From contig NC_087437.1 in the NCBI RefSeq assembly GCF_036321535.1, positions 22,012,001 through 22,076,000 on the forward strand: 64,000 nucleotides of DNA, written 5' to 3'. Below are positions 23,985-36,900 of this stretch, in pieces. Origin of the DNA: Camelus dromedarius. Lineage: Eukaryota. The notes under the pieces were generated by a model that saw nothing but the letters and a program-made list of their open reading frames with translations, ran no database searches and had not been told where the DNA came from. Each line of letters opens with the position of its first letter. The stretch's first letter is position 1. Both the position numbers and the translations under genes were made by a program.

Positions 23985-26124
23985 ACTCTTGGAGTCCTGA
24001 CTCAGAATGTGGGGCCATGGCAGTGCCCTGTGGCCTATTTGTCTAAAAGACTGGACCCTGTGGCATCAGGATGGCCACCCTGTCTACGGGCCCTCGCTGC
24101 CACAGCCCTCCTGGTCAACGAGGCAGACAAACTGAGACTGGGACAGACTTTAAATGTAAAAGTGCCCCATTCTGTGGTGGCCCTCATGAATGGCCCAGGT
24201 TACAAATGGATAACTAACACAAGGATGACCCACTACCAGGGGCTTCTATGTGACAATCCAAGAGTCCATCTAGAGACTGTGCAAACCTTAAACCCAGCCA
24301 CATATTTACCTGAAGGGGAAGGGCAGCCTTACCACAACTGTGAAGAAATCATCAAAAAAAGTATATGCAAGTAGGCCTGATCTAACTGACAAGCCCCTGC
24401 AAAACCCAGACCTGGAACTTTTTTACAGACGGCAGCAGTTACGTGCAGGATGGACAACAGCGAACAGGTTACACTGTAACAACAACCCAAGAGGTAATAA
24501 AGGCAGAGTCCCTTCCCCTAGGATGGTCTGCTCAGCGAGCAGAGATTTGGGCACTGGTCCAGGCAGGCACTAATGGAAGGGAAAGGAAAATGAGTCAATA
24601 CATACACCAATTCCAAATATGCATTTGCAACCTTACATGTACATAGAGCCATCTATAAGGAGAGAGGACTTTTGACTGCAGGGGGAAAGGAAATCAAAAA
24701 CAAAGAAAAAATTTTACAGTTACTGGAAGCACTATGGGATCCAAAGGAAGTGGCCATTATTCACTGTAAGGGACACCAAAAAGGAAATGACCCTGTGAGC
24801 CAGGAGAACAGGCTGGCTGATCAAAAGGCAAGAGAGGCAGCCACCTGGGAACACCCAGTAATTAATTATGGCAGCGCCAGAGCTACCCACTGCCCCAGAA
24901 TCTAGCTACAATGAAAACAAGTGGGCACAGGCTGAACAAGGGAAAGAAAGGAAAGGATGGATGGTGGATCATGAAGGATGGAAGGGTTTTCTTCCCAGAA
25001 CGACTAGCTTATTGCATAGTCTGACAACAACACGAAGCCACACATAAGGGAAAAACGGCTTTGGAGGCCCTCCTAAAGCTGTATTTCTTGATTTCTCATC
25101 TTCCTACTCAGTGCGCATCAGTCTCCCAATGCTACTTGCTCTGTGCTCAAAACAATCCAAAACAAGGGCCAACTGGGCCAACAGGAGTACAACAATGCGG
25201 ATTGGCTCCCTTCGAAGATTTGGAAGTGGACTTTACTGAACTTGGGCCCAGTAAGGGGTATAAGTACCTGCTGGTTTTTGTCTGCACCTTCACAGGGTGG
25301 ATGGAAGCCCACCCCACCAGGACAGAGAAAGCAAAAGAAGTAACAAAGGCTCTCCTCAGGGATGTCATCCCTCAGTTTGAAATGCCTACGTCCATCAGGT
25401 CCAACAGTGGACCCGCCTTCGTGGCAGAGATTGTACAGCAAGTGGCAAAGACACTGAGCATCCACTGGAACCTGCACACAGCATACCGGCCTCAAAGCTC
25501 AGGGAAGGTAGAACGAATGAACAGAACTCTAAAACAAATGATAGCTAAAATCAGCCAAGAAACCCAGCTCCCCTGGGTGGACATTTTACCCCTGGCTCTG
25601 TTGTGAATTAGATGCACCCCAAGATTTAATATTGGGTACTCTCCCTTTGAAATCCTCTATGGGCGACCACCACCTTTAGTCAGGATGGGAACTCCCACCC
25701 CAGAGATAGGAAATTTAGGGCTCCACCAACAACTGTTGGGACTAGGACAAGTACTACAGGAAGTCTGGGGTTGGGTAATAGAGAAAACCCCATTTGGTTA
25801 GGAGTCCAAGTGCATCCCCATAAACCAGGTGACCAAGTATAGGTAAAGGATTGGAAAAAGGAACCTCTCAAACCAACACGGAAGGGATCATATTTAATGG
25901 TATTAACTAGCCCTACAGCTGTTAAAGTTGCAGGAATCATCCCTTGGATCCAACACTCCAGGGTTAAGAGAGCAAATTCACCTCAGACAGAGGGTCCCTG
26001 GAAAATTGAGAGTGTCCTGGGAGACCCTCTCAAGATCAAGATCAAGAGGGACCAGAGAAAGATCGATGATCCCTGCTCTAGCCACACCCGGAAGCTGCCT
26101 AGTCAATGCACGGCCGAAGCTTGA
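23985..26124 (+). pseudogene. pol: ERV pol 3' half (RT connection, RNase H, integrase)
   Basis: [71 protein letters not shown]; multiple stops and frameshifts. Confidence 0.93.
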
Positions 26125-26311
26125 GGAAGGCTCAACAAAACTGTTAAATGTATTCCTCTTGTGCTCCCTTGCCTCTTTCCTTGTTTGCTATACCAGCCTG
26201 CTTATTGGCAGTGGGGCTGGCCAGCACCGCCCCACCTGACTGGACTATAGGCCATAAGATTCTGATAGCGATTTTATACCTTGTTATAACTAGTGCCATC
26301 ACCGCAGCATC

Positions 26312-27835
26312 ATGTCTAAGATAATCATAAGGCTGATGATACTGATGCTAATGCCCTCACTCCCCTTGGCTGCACAATGCACCTGCATGGAACTGGGTGA
26401 CAGGTTGTCCATGTCCTGACCTGTATTTTCAGCTTATACTTATCAGCTGAGTCGATGCTATGACTCTGCTTCAGAGTGCACATATCAGGGCAGATCCTAC
26501 TGGATCGGCATGATTAAGGCTTATTATGTATCTGGCATCAAGTGCTATGGCACACCAGGCAAGCTGGTGTGCTGGCTCAAGCAAACACATTACGGGATGA
26601 GTGATGGAGGAGGGGCACAGGACCAGGCACGCCGGCAAGCAGTCCAACAAGCAGTCCAGAGGCAACACCAGAAATTATTACCTACCTGGGAGCCAATAAA
26701 GCTTCCATCTTTAGCCGAGCCTCAGGATCTGGATCCACAAATAAAAGGGCTGTTAGCTGCAGTCCACAGGATTCTCAATCATTCCAATCCAGACCTGGCT
26801 AAAGATTGCTGGCTTTGCTTGCATCCCGGCCCCATCCAGCACCTGGCTTTATTTACTTCTGACAAACCTCACTAAGACTTTCACTACGACTAATAGCGAT
26901 GTTGCCTCTACCACTAGGAGTTCCAGGCTGAACTGGGTACAGCTCGCCTACAAGGCACCAGAATGTTATTTCAATAATGGAACTAATCCTTTAGAGGGCA
27001 ATCTAACTATAAAACAATGTATTAAAACCTCACATGGGTCTAGGGTGCCAGCCCACACAAGGATGCTGTTCTAATAACGGGACTTATTTTGTGTGCGTCG
27101 AATTTGCCTACCGATGCCTCCCTGCTGGATAGGCAGGGTTAAATTCTTTGGTTTATCTCACTCCCCGAATGAACACTATGCCTAATAATCAAAGTCTACC
27201 TGTCCCTGTCATAACTCACCAGCATCCACGGAGAATAAAAGGAGCCATACAACTGACCCCCTTGCTAGTGGGGCTCAGAATGGCAACAAGGGTAGGCACA
27301 GGAGTCGGTGGCATAGCCTCATCCTCTTATTACTATTACCAGCTTACAGGTGAGTTCAGCCAAGATCTCCAACAAATAGCAGATACCCTGGGAGCTCTGC
27401 AAAATCAGATTGACTCTCTGGCCAAGGTGGTCTTACGAAACAGGAGGGGTCTGGACCTACTCACGGCCAAAGAGGGGAGAATACGTGTCTTCCTAAATGA
27501 AGAGTGCTGTTTTTATGCCAATCAATCAGGAATTGTCAGAGGGACGGTTCAAGAGTTACAAGCCGAGTGGAAAAGAGAAAACATATTTTAGACAAGAGCC
27601 CATGGACAGGCCCCTGGGGCTGGACCTCCCGGCTGTCACTGTTCATAAGTCCCTTGCTCCTGATTTTTGCAGTTCTGCTGTTTGGGCCCTGTGTCCTAAA
27701 CTTCCTGACCTGCTTTGTCAGTGAGTGGATAGAGGCTATAAAACTCCAGATGTTAGCCTCCAATTATGAGCCCTTGCAACAGGTAAATGATGATGCTTAC
27801 TCCAACAAGGTTGTGAAAGCATCAAGAGGGGGGAA
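26312..27835 (+). pseudogene. env: ERV env pseudogene (gamma-type, RDR group)
   Basis: Signal-like MSKIIIRLMILMLMPSLPLAA; SDGGGAQDQAR; CWLC; ISD LRNRRGLDLLTAKEG...EECCFY; TM helix and IEAIKLQM tail; stops at 26417 and 26873. Confidence 0.9.
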
Positions 27836-27905
27836 TGTGAAGGAAAAGCAGGGCTGGGCTAACTCATAAATTTAAGTTAATAAGTGTCGATTTGCTGATT
27901 CCCCT
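27836..27905 (+). mobile_element. Truncated 3' LTR (~70 bp)
   Basis: Matches 20933-~21000, then homology stops abruptly. Confidence 0.8.
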
Positions 27906-27989
27906 ACCTACACATCACAAGAAAGAGGTAGGTTTACATATTCTGACATTAAAAGGTTTGCAAGACACTGGTTTTTAAAAATTTTTTTT

Positions 27990-28105
27990 GGGGGGTTTGG
28001 GGTAATTAGGTTTATTTATTTATTTTTAATGGAGGTACTGGGGCTTGAACCTAGAACCTCCTGCATGGTAAGCACGTGCTCTATCACTGAGCTATACCCT
28101 CCCCC
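27990..28105 (-). mobile_element. tRNA-derived SINE (Vic-1-like)
   Basis: Reverse complement of the same SINE pattern; imperfect TSD tttgcaagaca / tttgcaaaaca. Confidence 0.85.
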
Positions 28106-29039
28106 TTTGCAAAACATACTGTTAAGAAAAGCAAGTTGCTGAACAACATGCACACGCATATCAAAGTTTAGAAATACAAGGACTAGGGTTGGGAGAAAGG
28201 CATGAGAGGGCGGCCTGAGCGAGGGGGTGGGCTGGCCAAAGGGGACTTTCTTTTCAGTTGTGTGGTTCAATTTTTTTTTTTTTTTCCTGAGAAGAGCATA
28301 GTATGTATTGTTTATGAATGAATTATAAATAAAGGAATAAAAAAGATTTCTTGGGTGGGGTGGAGTGGTGCCGGGTGATGACCAGATCAGTTTCTGGGAG
28401 TAGGTGATTGAAATGAAGTGAGGGTGAGGTTGGAGTTAAGGAGGTACCAGAGATAGTCAGCCAAGCTGCATACCTAGAGGTATGCAGGTGGTGAAAAGCC
28501 CCAGGGTGATGCTGGGAGCTGGGGTTGGGGACACCTTGGGGCAGCGCTGAAGGCTCTGAAGGATGAGGAGGCCCCTCTAGTAGTCTTACTTAGGAGAGGC
28601 AGCTCCATGCCTCCTGGGAGGGAGGTTCTAGAGCTGCATGGCAGAGGTCTCCAAGGAGAGAAGTCTTCATCTGGTGGTGGAAGAGAAATACTGTTTAATA
28701 TGGTGGCCACTGGCCACATGTGGGTCCTGAGCACTAGAAGTGTGGCTAGTGCAACTGAGGGAATGAAGTTTTAGATTTTATTCTGATACATTTAGATTTA
28801 AGTAGCCACATGCTATTCGTGTTTATCACATGGGACAACGGACTCAAGCTGTGTGAGGAATGGGTTCCGGTTGTTTGGGGTATAGAAGAATGAGTGGCCT
28901 GTGCTAGAAATGCCAAGGGACGGTGTCATGACCTTAGGAGTGGGCCTGGGTCCCACTGATGCCAGAAGAGGAAAGAAGTGCTCTGGGGAAAGACTGAATG
29001 TAGAGGAGGTTAGAGGGTATTTATGGGAACAAGGATCTG

Positions 29040-29350
29040 CCATTAACATCATTGCAGAAAGTTCTATTGGACAATATTGGTCTAGCCACCTGCTGCTCCT
29101 GAGCCCTTGAGATGTGCTGTAAGCATAAATACACAATGGATTTCAAAGACTGAGTCCAAAAAGAAGAATATACAATAGTAATGGTTTTTAATATTGATTA
29201 CATGTTGAAATGATAATATTTCGGATGTATTATGTTAGATAAAAATATTATTAAAAGTAATTGCAACCGCATCTTCTCTTTTAATGTAGCTCCTAGAAAA
29301 TTTTAAATTACATATGTGGGTCATGTTATATTTCTATTGGATAGAGTTGA
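29040..29350. mobile_element. hAT-Charlie MER3/MER33-like DNA transposon remnant
   Basis: gcagaaagttctattggaca and catgttatatttctattgga termini with a MER33-like AT-rich body. Confidence 0.6.
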
Positions 29351-29369
29351 TCTAAAAAGTGCAGGGGGA

Positions 29370-29495
29370 GGGGGCAGATTATAGCTCAGTGGTAGCATGT
29401 ATGCCTAACATGCATGAGGTCCTGGGTTCAATCCCCAGTATCTCCATTTAAAAGACGAATAAATAGATAAACCTAATTACCTACCCACCCCCTAA
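29370..29495 (+). mobile_element. tRNA-derived SINE (Vic-1-like)
   Basis: tatagctcagtggtagc...gggttcaatccccagta...cctaattacc. Confidence 0.85.
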
Positions 29496-31244
29496 AACTC
29501 CACAGTAACGCATAGAAAGTGTAGGGGAAAAGGTTGAGAGATGGGGAGCAGGTCAAAGCAGGGCTGAGATTGTGGGGACGAGAGATATTCTGGAAATGAT
29601 GGGTTCGCTTTGGTGCATTTTGATCCCAGGGGGTGTCTGGTCTTCTCTCAGTTTGATGGGGAGGGCTCCTACGAGACCTGCCAAGGCGCTGTGGTCCCAG
29701 CATAGAAAGCAGTAGTATGGCTTGGGGTGATGTCGAGGGCCTTGTTTACAGGGTCAGTTCAAGACTTTCACAGATTCTCTTTTCCCATGAACATGTCCTC
29801 CCCTCTGGTCTTAATATGGGTGATAATATCTCCACATTCTATCCCTTTATATAGTAGAGTTCACCTTGATTAAGACCAGCCTTTCCTTAAACATGTGAAA
29901 AAGAACTCAGCTCCCTTAAGTTAAGAGAAACAGAGCAAAATACAAGGAGATATTTTTCACGTAGTAGATTGGCCAAGATTTAAAAAAACAAATCAAGTAC
30001 AAACTGTGTGGGCAAGGTACGGAAAAACAAGGTGGTAGGAATTTTGTTAGTACTACCTTTGTAGAAGACAAATTGACAGTCTATCTGAACTTTAATTGTG
30101 TATATGCCTTGACTCAACCCTGGTATTTATACTCCAGATATGCACAGTGCAAAACAACCTATGTGAAAGGGTATTCATTGCAATTGTGTTTATAAAAGAA
30201 AAAAATTGGAAGTAACTTAAATATTCATTTATACAGAGTGATGAAATAAATGATAGATATAATTTCAATAGTTATAAAACAATAATGTTACTTCAATAGC
30301 AAGCAGCCACTAAAGATAATAGGGCAGAAATAAGGTACAGAGAAGGGTCTCCAGGATATATCATTAAGTTAAAAAAAAAAAAAAAAAAGAAGCAAACTGA
30401 GAGCTGTGTAGGTAGCACACTGCCATTTTTGTAGGGTGGGGAACTCAATATATATGTCCAGTTACATGTTTATAAATTGTAGGTTTGTTTGAAAGATATA
30501 TAAAAAATTAGTAACAATGGTGGCTTCTAAAAAGGGGAACTGTATTGTAGGGAGAAGGGAGACTTACTATTTTGTACTTAAAAAAATTTTTTTAATTGAG
30601 GTATAGTCAGTTTACAATGTTGTTTCAGCACCATGCTTCAGTTATACACGAACATACACATATTCATTTTTATATTCTTTTGCCTACACTTCACAGTATA
30701 ACTCTTTCCTGGTGCTGCAACTCTCTCTCCTTTTTCTTTTCTTTTCTTTTCTTTTTTTGCTTCCTAGAGAGTTAGATTTACCTTCTTACCACTTAGGAAC
30801 TGAAGAGAAAAGTGTCTGCGTTTATTTATTTGATTGTCAAGTATAGTACCTGGATTTACCAATTTTTAGGTTTTGAGGATTTTCTTTTCCTTTTATTTTG
30901 GCCCTTTCTTCATGCTTAATCATTTACTGTTAGTTTAATGAAAGTTTTAAAAACTATTGACATTGAAAAACTCATTCTTCTTCTTATTCTTTGACATTCT
31001 CTTGAAATAAACATTTAAAATTTCACACAAAAATAAAAATAAAAAATTGAATTACACAGAATTAGAATAAAAGCAAAACAGCCAATGTAGTGTGCCCTCT
31101 AGTGGTTAAAGAAAACACTTTCAAACTTACAGCTCTTCATTTTCTTTTCCTTTCTTTTTTTTGTTCGTTTTCATATTCTTTTCCATTAAAGGCTATTCTC
31201 ATTTTCTTAAAAGTCAAGAAATTCTGTGTTTTAAAAAATCTGAG

Positions 31245-31360
31245 TGGGGTGAAGGGTATAGCTCAGTGGTAGAGTACATGCTTAGCATGCACAGGATTGT
31301 GGGTTCAATCCCCACGATCTCCATCAAAAAACAAAACCAACCAATCAAACAAACAAAAAA
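31245..31360 (+). mobile_element. tRNA-derived SINE (Vic-1-like)
   Basis: gggtatagctcagtggtagagtacatgcttagcatgc...gggttcaatcccc. Confidence 0.8.
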
Positions 31361-31439
31361 ACTCACTACAAAAATCTGAGTGAAAATTCTAGGTTCTAAA
31401 GTGAAAAACAGAAAGCAATGAGAAACATAAACATAGCAG

Positions 31440-31890
31440 GTGTCTTAGTCTATTTGGCTAGTCATGGTCATCCTACCCACCTTGCCATCAGTTGGTTTAG
31501 GAATGGGCATTGACCTATTTCTGGCAAATAAGACAAGAAGAGGAAGCCTGCTCGGGTGGCTTTTAGGAAGTTTTTTTCTTAGTCTTTAAAAAAAAAAAAG
31601 GCATACAAGCTTTCAGAAAGAAAGGAACACTTCTTCCTCTGGTGTGATGTTTGGAGCTGTAGCAGCCATTTTGTGACTGTGAGGGAAATTAGCCTGAGGA
31701 GCAGGCTGACCCACTGAAGATGGCAAAGCAGAGAGGTGGAAAGAACCTGGGTCCTTGATGAGACTGAGCCACTAAATTAACAAATCCTGGGACAGTCTTA
31801 CCTCTGAACTTCTTGATGAGTGAAATAATAAAATTTCCTTGTAGTTTAAGCCGCACAAGTGATGAGACTCCCATCCATTGCAACTAAAGT
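31440..31890. mobile_element. MaLR (MLT1-like) LTR remnant
   Basis: MLT1-type motifs: tggagctgtagcagccattttgtgac, gaacctgggtccttgatga, aataaaatttccttgtagtttaagcc. Confidence 0.6.
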
Positions 31891-33304
31891 GCTTCCTAAG
31901 GTGATGTAACTCCTCAAATATCTCTTGTGAATTTTAAGTCAAGAATGTGACCTCTGTAGGGGCTAACCATATCCACTGCTCCTGCTCTGAGTAGGCACTG
32001 GGAGTAGGGGAGTGAACAGGGCATGTAGTACCACAGTTTTCATATGCCTGCCTTCTATCCCATCCCCTCTCATCTCCAAGGAGCTCCCTGTCTAGTAGGG
32101 AAGACAGAAAAAATGACGTGACAGTGGGTGAAGACTTATCTGAGACTCAGTGTAAACTACAAGGATAGCCCGAAGAAGCAAGAGACCCACTTCTCTGGCA
32201 TGCATATCCAGGAACAGAATTGCTGGATTAGGAGGTATAGGCATGAGTGGGGGTTGGGGCAGGAGTGGGAAGAGGAAGAGTCTGGAGTTGGGTATTCTGC
32301 ATGGGAACGAGCCAGGGGAGGGGCTGTGGGGGGATATTATTCCAAGTTGGGAGGAGGTGTGAGTTAAGAGACAAAGATGAAAATAGGTCTCAGTGGTGGA
32401 GCTGGGACCCTGGGTGTGTCTGGAGTACAAGGTGATCAGGCCACAAGCGGCAGACAGAGGGACTGAAACGAAGGCATTTTCCTGTTCTCCCAAAGAGGTG
32501 AAAGGAAAGAGTCTCCTTTTTTATGTGAAGTGATATGATATGTGCCTAAGTTAAAGAAAGTATGAAAAAGCTTCTTTGTGAGTAAGTTGTTAATGTATGT
32601 AGTACAGAAAAAAAAATTCATATGAGAATTTTAGAAATGAGCCTTTGGAATTATTGTTTATTGGAGGATATTAAAAATGTTGTTATCTGTCTCTTTGTTC
32701 ATTTGTTGAATAAACAATAGACAGAAAGGGATCAAAGTTTCTACAGTAAAAAGTAAGTTTTCCCTCACCCCTGATAGCCAGAATCTTAAGTTTCCTTCCC
32801 TGGTGGGAAGTACAGTGGACACTGTTGAAAGAAATATATTGTATATATGCATACATTTATTTCATTAAGGTAGATTTGTTCCACTGTTAAACAGTTCTAG
32901 AGATTAAAAATTATTTTGCACATTGAGTTGAAATCAGAAGTCTGTTGTTCTGTGTCCCCACCCAACACTTCCTCATCTGCCTTATAGACTCCCAGGGGAA
33001 AAGTCTTTCTTCCTTGTAAAGAGGTCCCATAGCTTCCTTCTGTATGCTTTTCTCCAGGCTGATGACTTTATTTTGCATCATTCCTTCTTCCCAGGAATTG
33101 ATTTCCAGAGGCACTACCGCCCTGATTCCTCTCCTCTGAACATACTCCTGTTCTAAGATTCAAAAAAATGTCAAGCACAAGGGCACCCATAGTGCCAGTT
33201 TTTCTGATGATCTTCATATGATTGTGAGTATACTTTTAAGACCATTGATTGAGAACATGCATAACGACAGAGAGCTGTTGTGAATTCAAGAGTGCTTTGA
33301 TATA

Positions 33305-33980
33305 GAAAAACAACAGGATCTTACAGTTTAGCCCAGGGAACTATATTTAATATCTTGTAATAACTTACACTGATAAAGAATATGAAAAAGAATCTATATA
33401 TGTATAACTGACTTGATATGCTGTACACCAAAAAACTAACACAACATTGTAAGTCAACTATACTTCAGTAAAAAAAAAAAAAGGAATGCTTTGATGATGT
33501 CCATAGTAGCATTATTCACAATAGCCCAAACCCAGAAGCAACCCAAATATTTATGGATGGATGAGCAGATAAACAAAGTGTGGTATAGATGTACAATGGA
33601 ATATTACTCAGCATTGAAAAGGAAGGAAATTCTGACACATGCTACATCACAGATGAACCTTGAAGCCATTATGCTAAGTGAAATAAGCCAGTCATGAAAG
33701 GACCAATACTGTATGATTTTATTTATATGACATGATAGAGTAGTCCAATTTATCAAGACAGAAGGTAGAATGATGGTTTCCTGGGGCTGGGAAAGGGAAG
33801 ATGGGAAGTTAGTGTTTAATGCATACAGTTTCAGTTTGTGAAGATGAAAAACTTCTAGAGATGGCTGGTGGTGATAGTTTGCACAACATGGGAATGAATT
33901 TAATGCCACTAAACTGTATGCCTAAAGTGGTTAGAATGACAAATTTTATGTTACTTGTCATTTTACCACAATAAAACAAA
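33305..33980 (+). mobile_element. Two adjacent L1 3' fragments
   Basis: ORF 33491-33697 (SIVALFTIA..MEYYSALKR); L1 3' UTR with poly-A at ~33470. Confidence 0.8.
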
Positions 33981-36900
33981 TTGTATCTTATCAATCCCAG
34001 CAGCATCTCCACACATTTGAAAAATAATTGCATATGTATTTGAGACCTATTATTCATACACTCTAGAGTTAGCTTTGGCTCCTCCCCTTGCCCCTCCCCT
34101 GAAATCTTCATTCGTCCTACAGTTAGCATCTGGGAGCCATTTGTACTATTGGCCCTATTGGCTGGGCACAGCTGATTAGGCCAGAATGAACAGCTAATCT
34201 GAGCTGGACTATTCAGAAACTCGCTGCTGCAATTTTGGAATTTGGTTCCAGGAACTTTTTATTAGTCTCTGTGTAGGGTGAGTGGCTCTGTGGCTGGTAG
34301 CTAGAAGGAAGCCATCTTCCATGTTCATTTCTTATTTATTCAACACAGGTTTATTGCTTGCCTACTGTGTGTACAGTAACAGCTGCAGGGATTCAGTCCT
34401 GCTGCCCTCCTCCAGAAGCAGGGCAAGCCCGACTGGAAAGAGATGATCTCTAGTGTCATCTCTAATATTTTATCTCTGATATTTTTGTGGACTGATTCTC
34501 TCTAAATGAACAATACATTATACCATTGTTTTATTGCATTTAACTTTCCTTTCTAAATTATTTTCAGCACTGGAGCTAGCACAACTGATCAGTGACAGGA
34601 TATATTAGGAACATTTTGAATTGACCATAAAACCAAAACCACTCACAGATGTTCCAGGTGTGTTGAGCAGACACCTACAAAGGATGGTGGGTGTTTTTGT
34701 TTACCAGCTGCAGCAGCACCACCATGTAGCTAAATAGTAAACGATGTTTGCCGTCCCTTGAGCCTGTCTGTGCAGAAATTACACAATTATTGAAAAACAC
34801 TTTTTAAATTAGGGATGAGAGGAGCTTCGCATTATTTCAAAATTTGCACACGAAGGGAGACTTTTCTGTTTAAAATTAGCAAAATTTGCATTTTCTTAAA
34901 ATGAGACAACACTGTACCAAGGTCTCCATCCTGCTCTCTGAGAGTCTCTAGTAAATCCTGGGAGTTAGTCCCAGAGGTGACCTCTTAAGAGCAGGACAGA
35001 TACCCCTACAGGTTCTACAGCATCTTCACCAGCTCTTTCCTGACTCCTCTTATTCAGCGTCGATCTTCTGTGTGCCCCCCAAAAAACAGCCTCTGCTGTA
35101 GATTTCACTCATTAACAAATATTCACTGAGTGCCTGCAGGGTACTGACCCTGTTCCAGGCACTGAAGATACAGCAGTAAACACATCAGACTAAAATTTCA
35201 GTCTTTACTCATTACACGTTGTGACACATCTGGATCGTTTATTCTCTGTAAGTCCTCTTATAACAGGAACTTGTTTCATTCCATCTCCCTGGAACCACAC
35301 CTTCTACCCATTTAATTCTGCAATAACAATTTCAGAACTCAGTTGCTTCGAGAAGACTGTATTTATTAGGACCATTCCCATGTCAGTTTTCTGGTTGGAC
35401 CAAAGCTATGCCTGCCAGCCAGGGACAAAATACAGACACCGAGAGTTAATTTTAGATCCTATGGTAGGCTGAATAATAGTCCTCCAATGACATCCACATC
35501 TGAATCCCCAGAAACGGTGGATGTGTTAACTTATGTGGCAAAGGGACAGGGGTATCCATTAGCACCGTTCTTACTTAGTTACTCTGGAGATACTGGCTAA
35601 TGCTACTACACGAGAGAAAAACAAAAGATAGGAAAAAAAAAAGTGGGACAAGATGAAGTAAACTTGTAGTTATTTGCAAATGAGATGGTTGTATACCTGG
35701 AAGCCCAAGAGAAAAAACTGAAAAACTATACCAAAAAATAAAAGAATTTGGCAACGTGGTTGGGCACATCATTCATGTGTAGTAATCAACAGATAAAGTC
35801 ACTTAGCACACATATGAAAAATGGGAAAACGTTCTATTGCAGTAACAACAGAAAAGATTAAAAAAAAAACACCCTAAGAATTAGGGTAACAAGGGATGTG
35901 CAAAGTGAACATGAAGGAAACTGAACAAAACTTGAAAGAAGAAAGGCGTGCCGTGTTCCTCGAAAGGAAGACTTTCCTGGACCATCCTAGGTTTTACTAT
36001 CTCGTTGATAAATTGGTTGCTACATGGTAAGGGTAATCTCCCCAGGAACATAGCTGATATTTTTATTATCTTCAACATGTCGCCAGACCATTCTTGGGTT
36101 ATATGCTTTAAAAATTTTTTTTTATTGAAGCATAGTATTTTTATAATGTTAGTTTCAGGTGTACAGTGAAGTGATTCAGTTATACATATACACATACATA
36201 TATTTTCTTTTCAGATTCTTTTCCATTATAGATGATTATAAGAAATTAAATAGAGTTCCCTGTACTATACAGTAGGTCCTTTTTGTTTATCTGTTTTATA
36301 CATAGTAATGTGTATCTGTTAATCCCCAACCCCTGATTTATTCCTCCCCATCCTTTCTTTGGAGGTACTGGGGACTGAACCCAGGGCCTCCTGCATGCAA
36401 AGCATGCACTCTACCACTGAGCTATCCCTCTGCCCAACCCCAAAACCTGTTTATATACCTCTTACCTCCCTAGCATTGTAGTTTTTTTTCCACTAGGAAA
36501 ATACAATTTATTGAACCACCAAATTGACAGCTTGATAACTTGTTTTACAACATATTACCCTTAAGCAACAGGTAACTGGTTATCTGAAATGTTTGAAAAC
36601 AAGTTCATTAAATGAAGAGGGATATCAGTAAAGAAAGATATACTCTGAAAAACTTATAACCAAGTAGAGAGTAAAGGTGAAAAAAAAGACCTGAATTCCT
36701 GTCACAAGACAATATAAAAGTCTGAACTTCTTTTTCCAGTTGGTAGGTTTTCTTTTTTCAGTTTTCGGTTTTATTAGGTCAAATTGATACAATGAGTGCA
36801 CATATACAGTATATTGCATGTAAATACATATATACAATATACTACACGTATTTTTTAAAATTTACAATATACATACTGTTCATCGTTTCTAACAAGTTTA

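Larger units (their letters stand above)
20933..27905 (+). mobile_element. Defective gammaretrovirus-like (class I) provirus with HERV-E-like gag/pol and RDR-type env
   Basis: 5' LTR, PBS, gag, partial pol (RNase H, integrase), env, PPT aagaggggggaa (27824-27835) and the start of a 3' LTR matching the 5' LTR. Confidence 0.95.
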
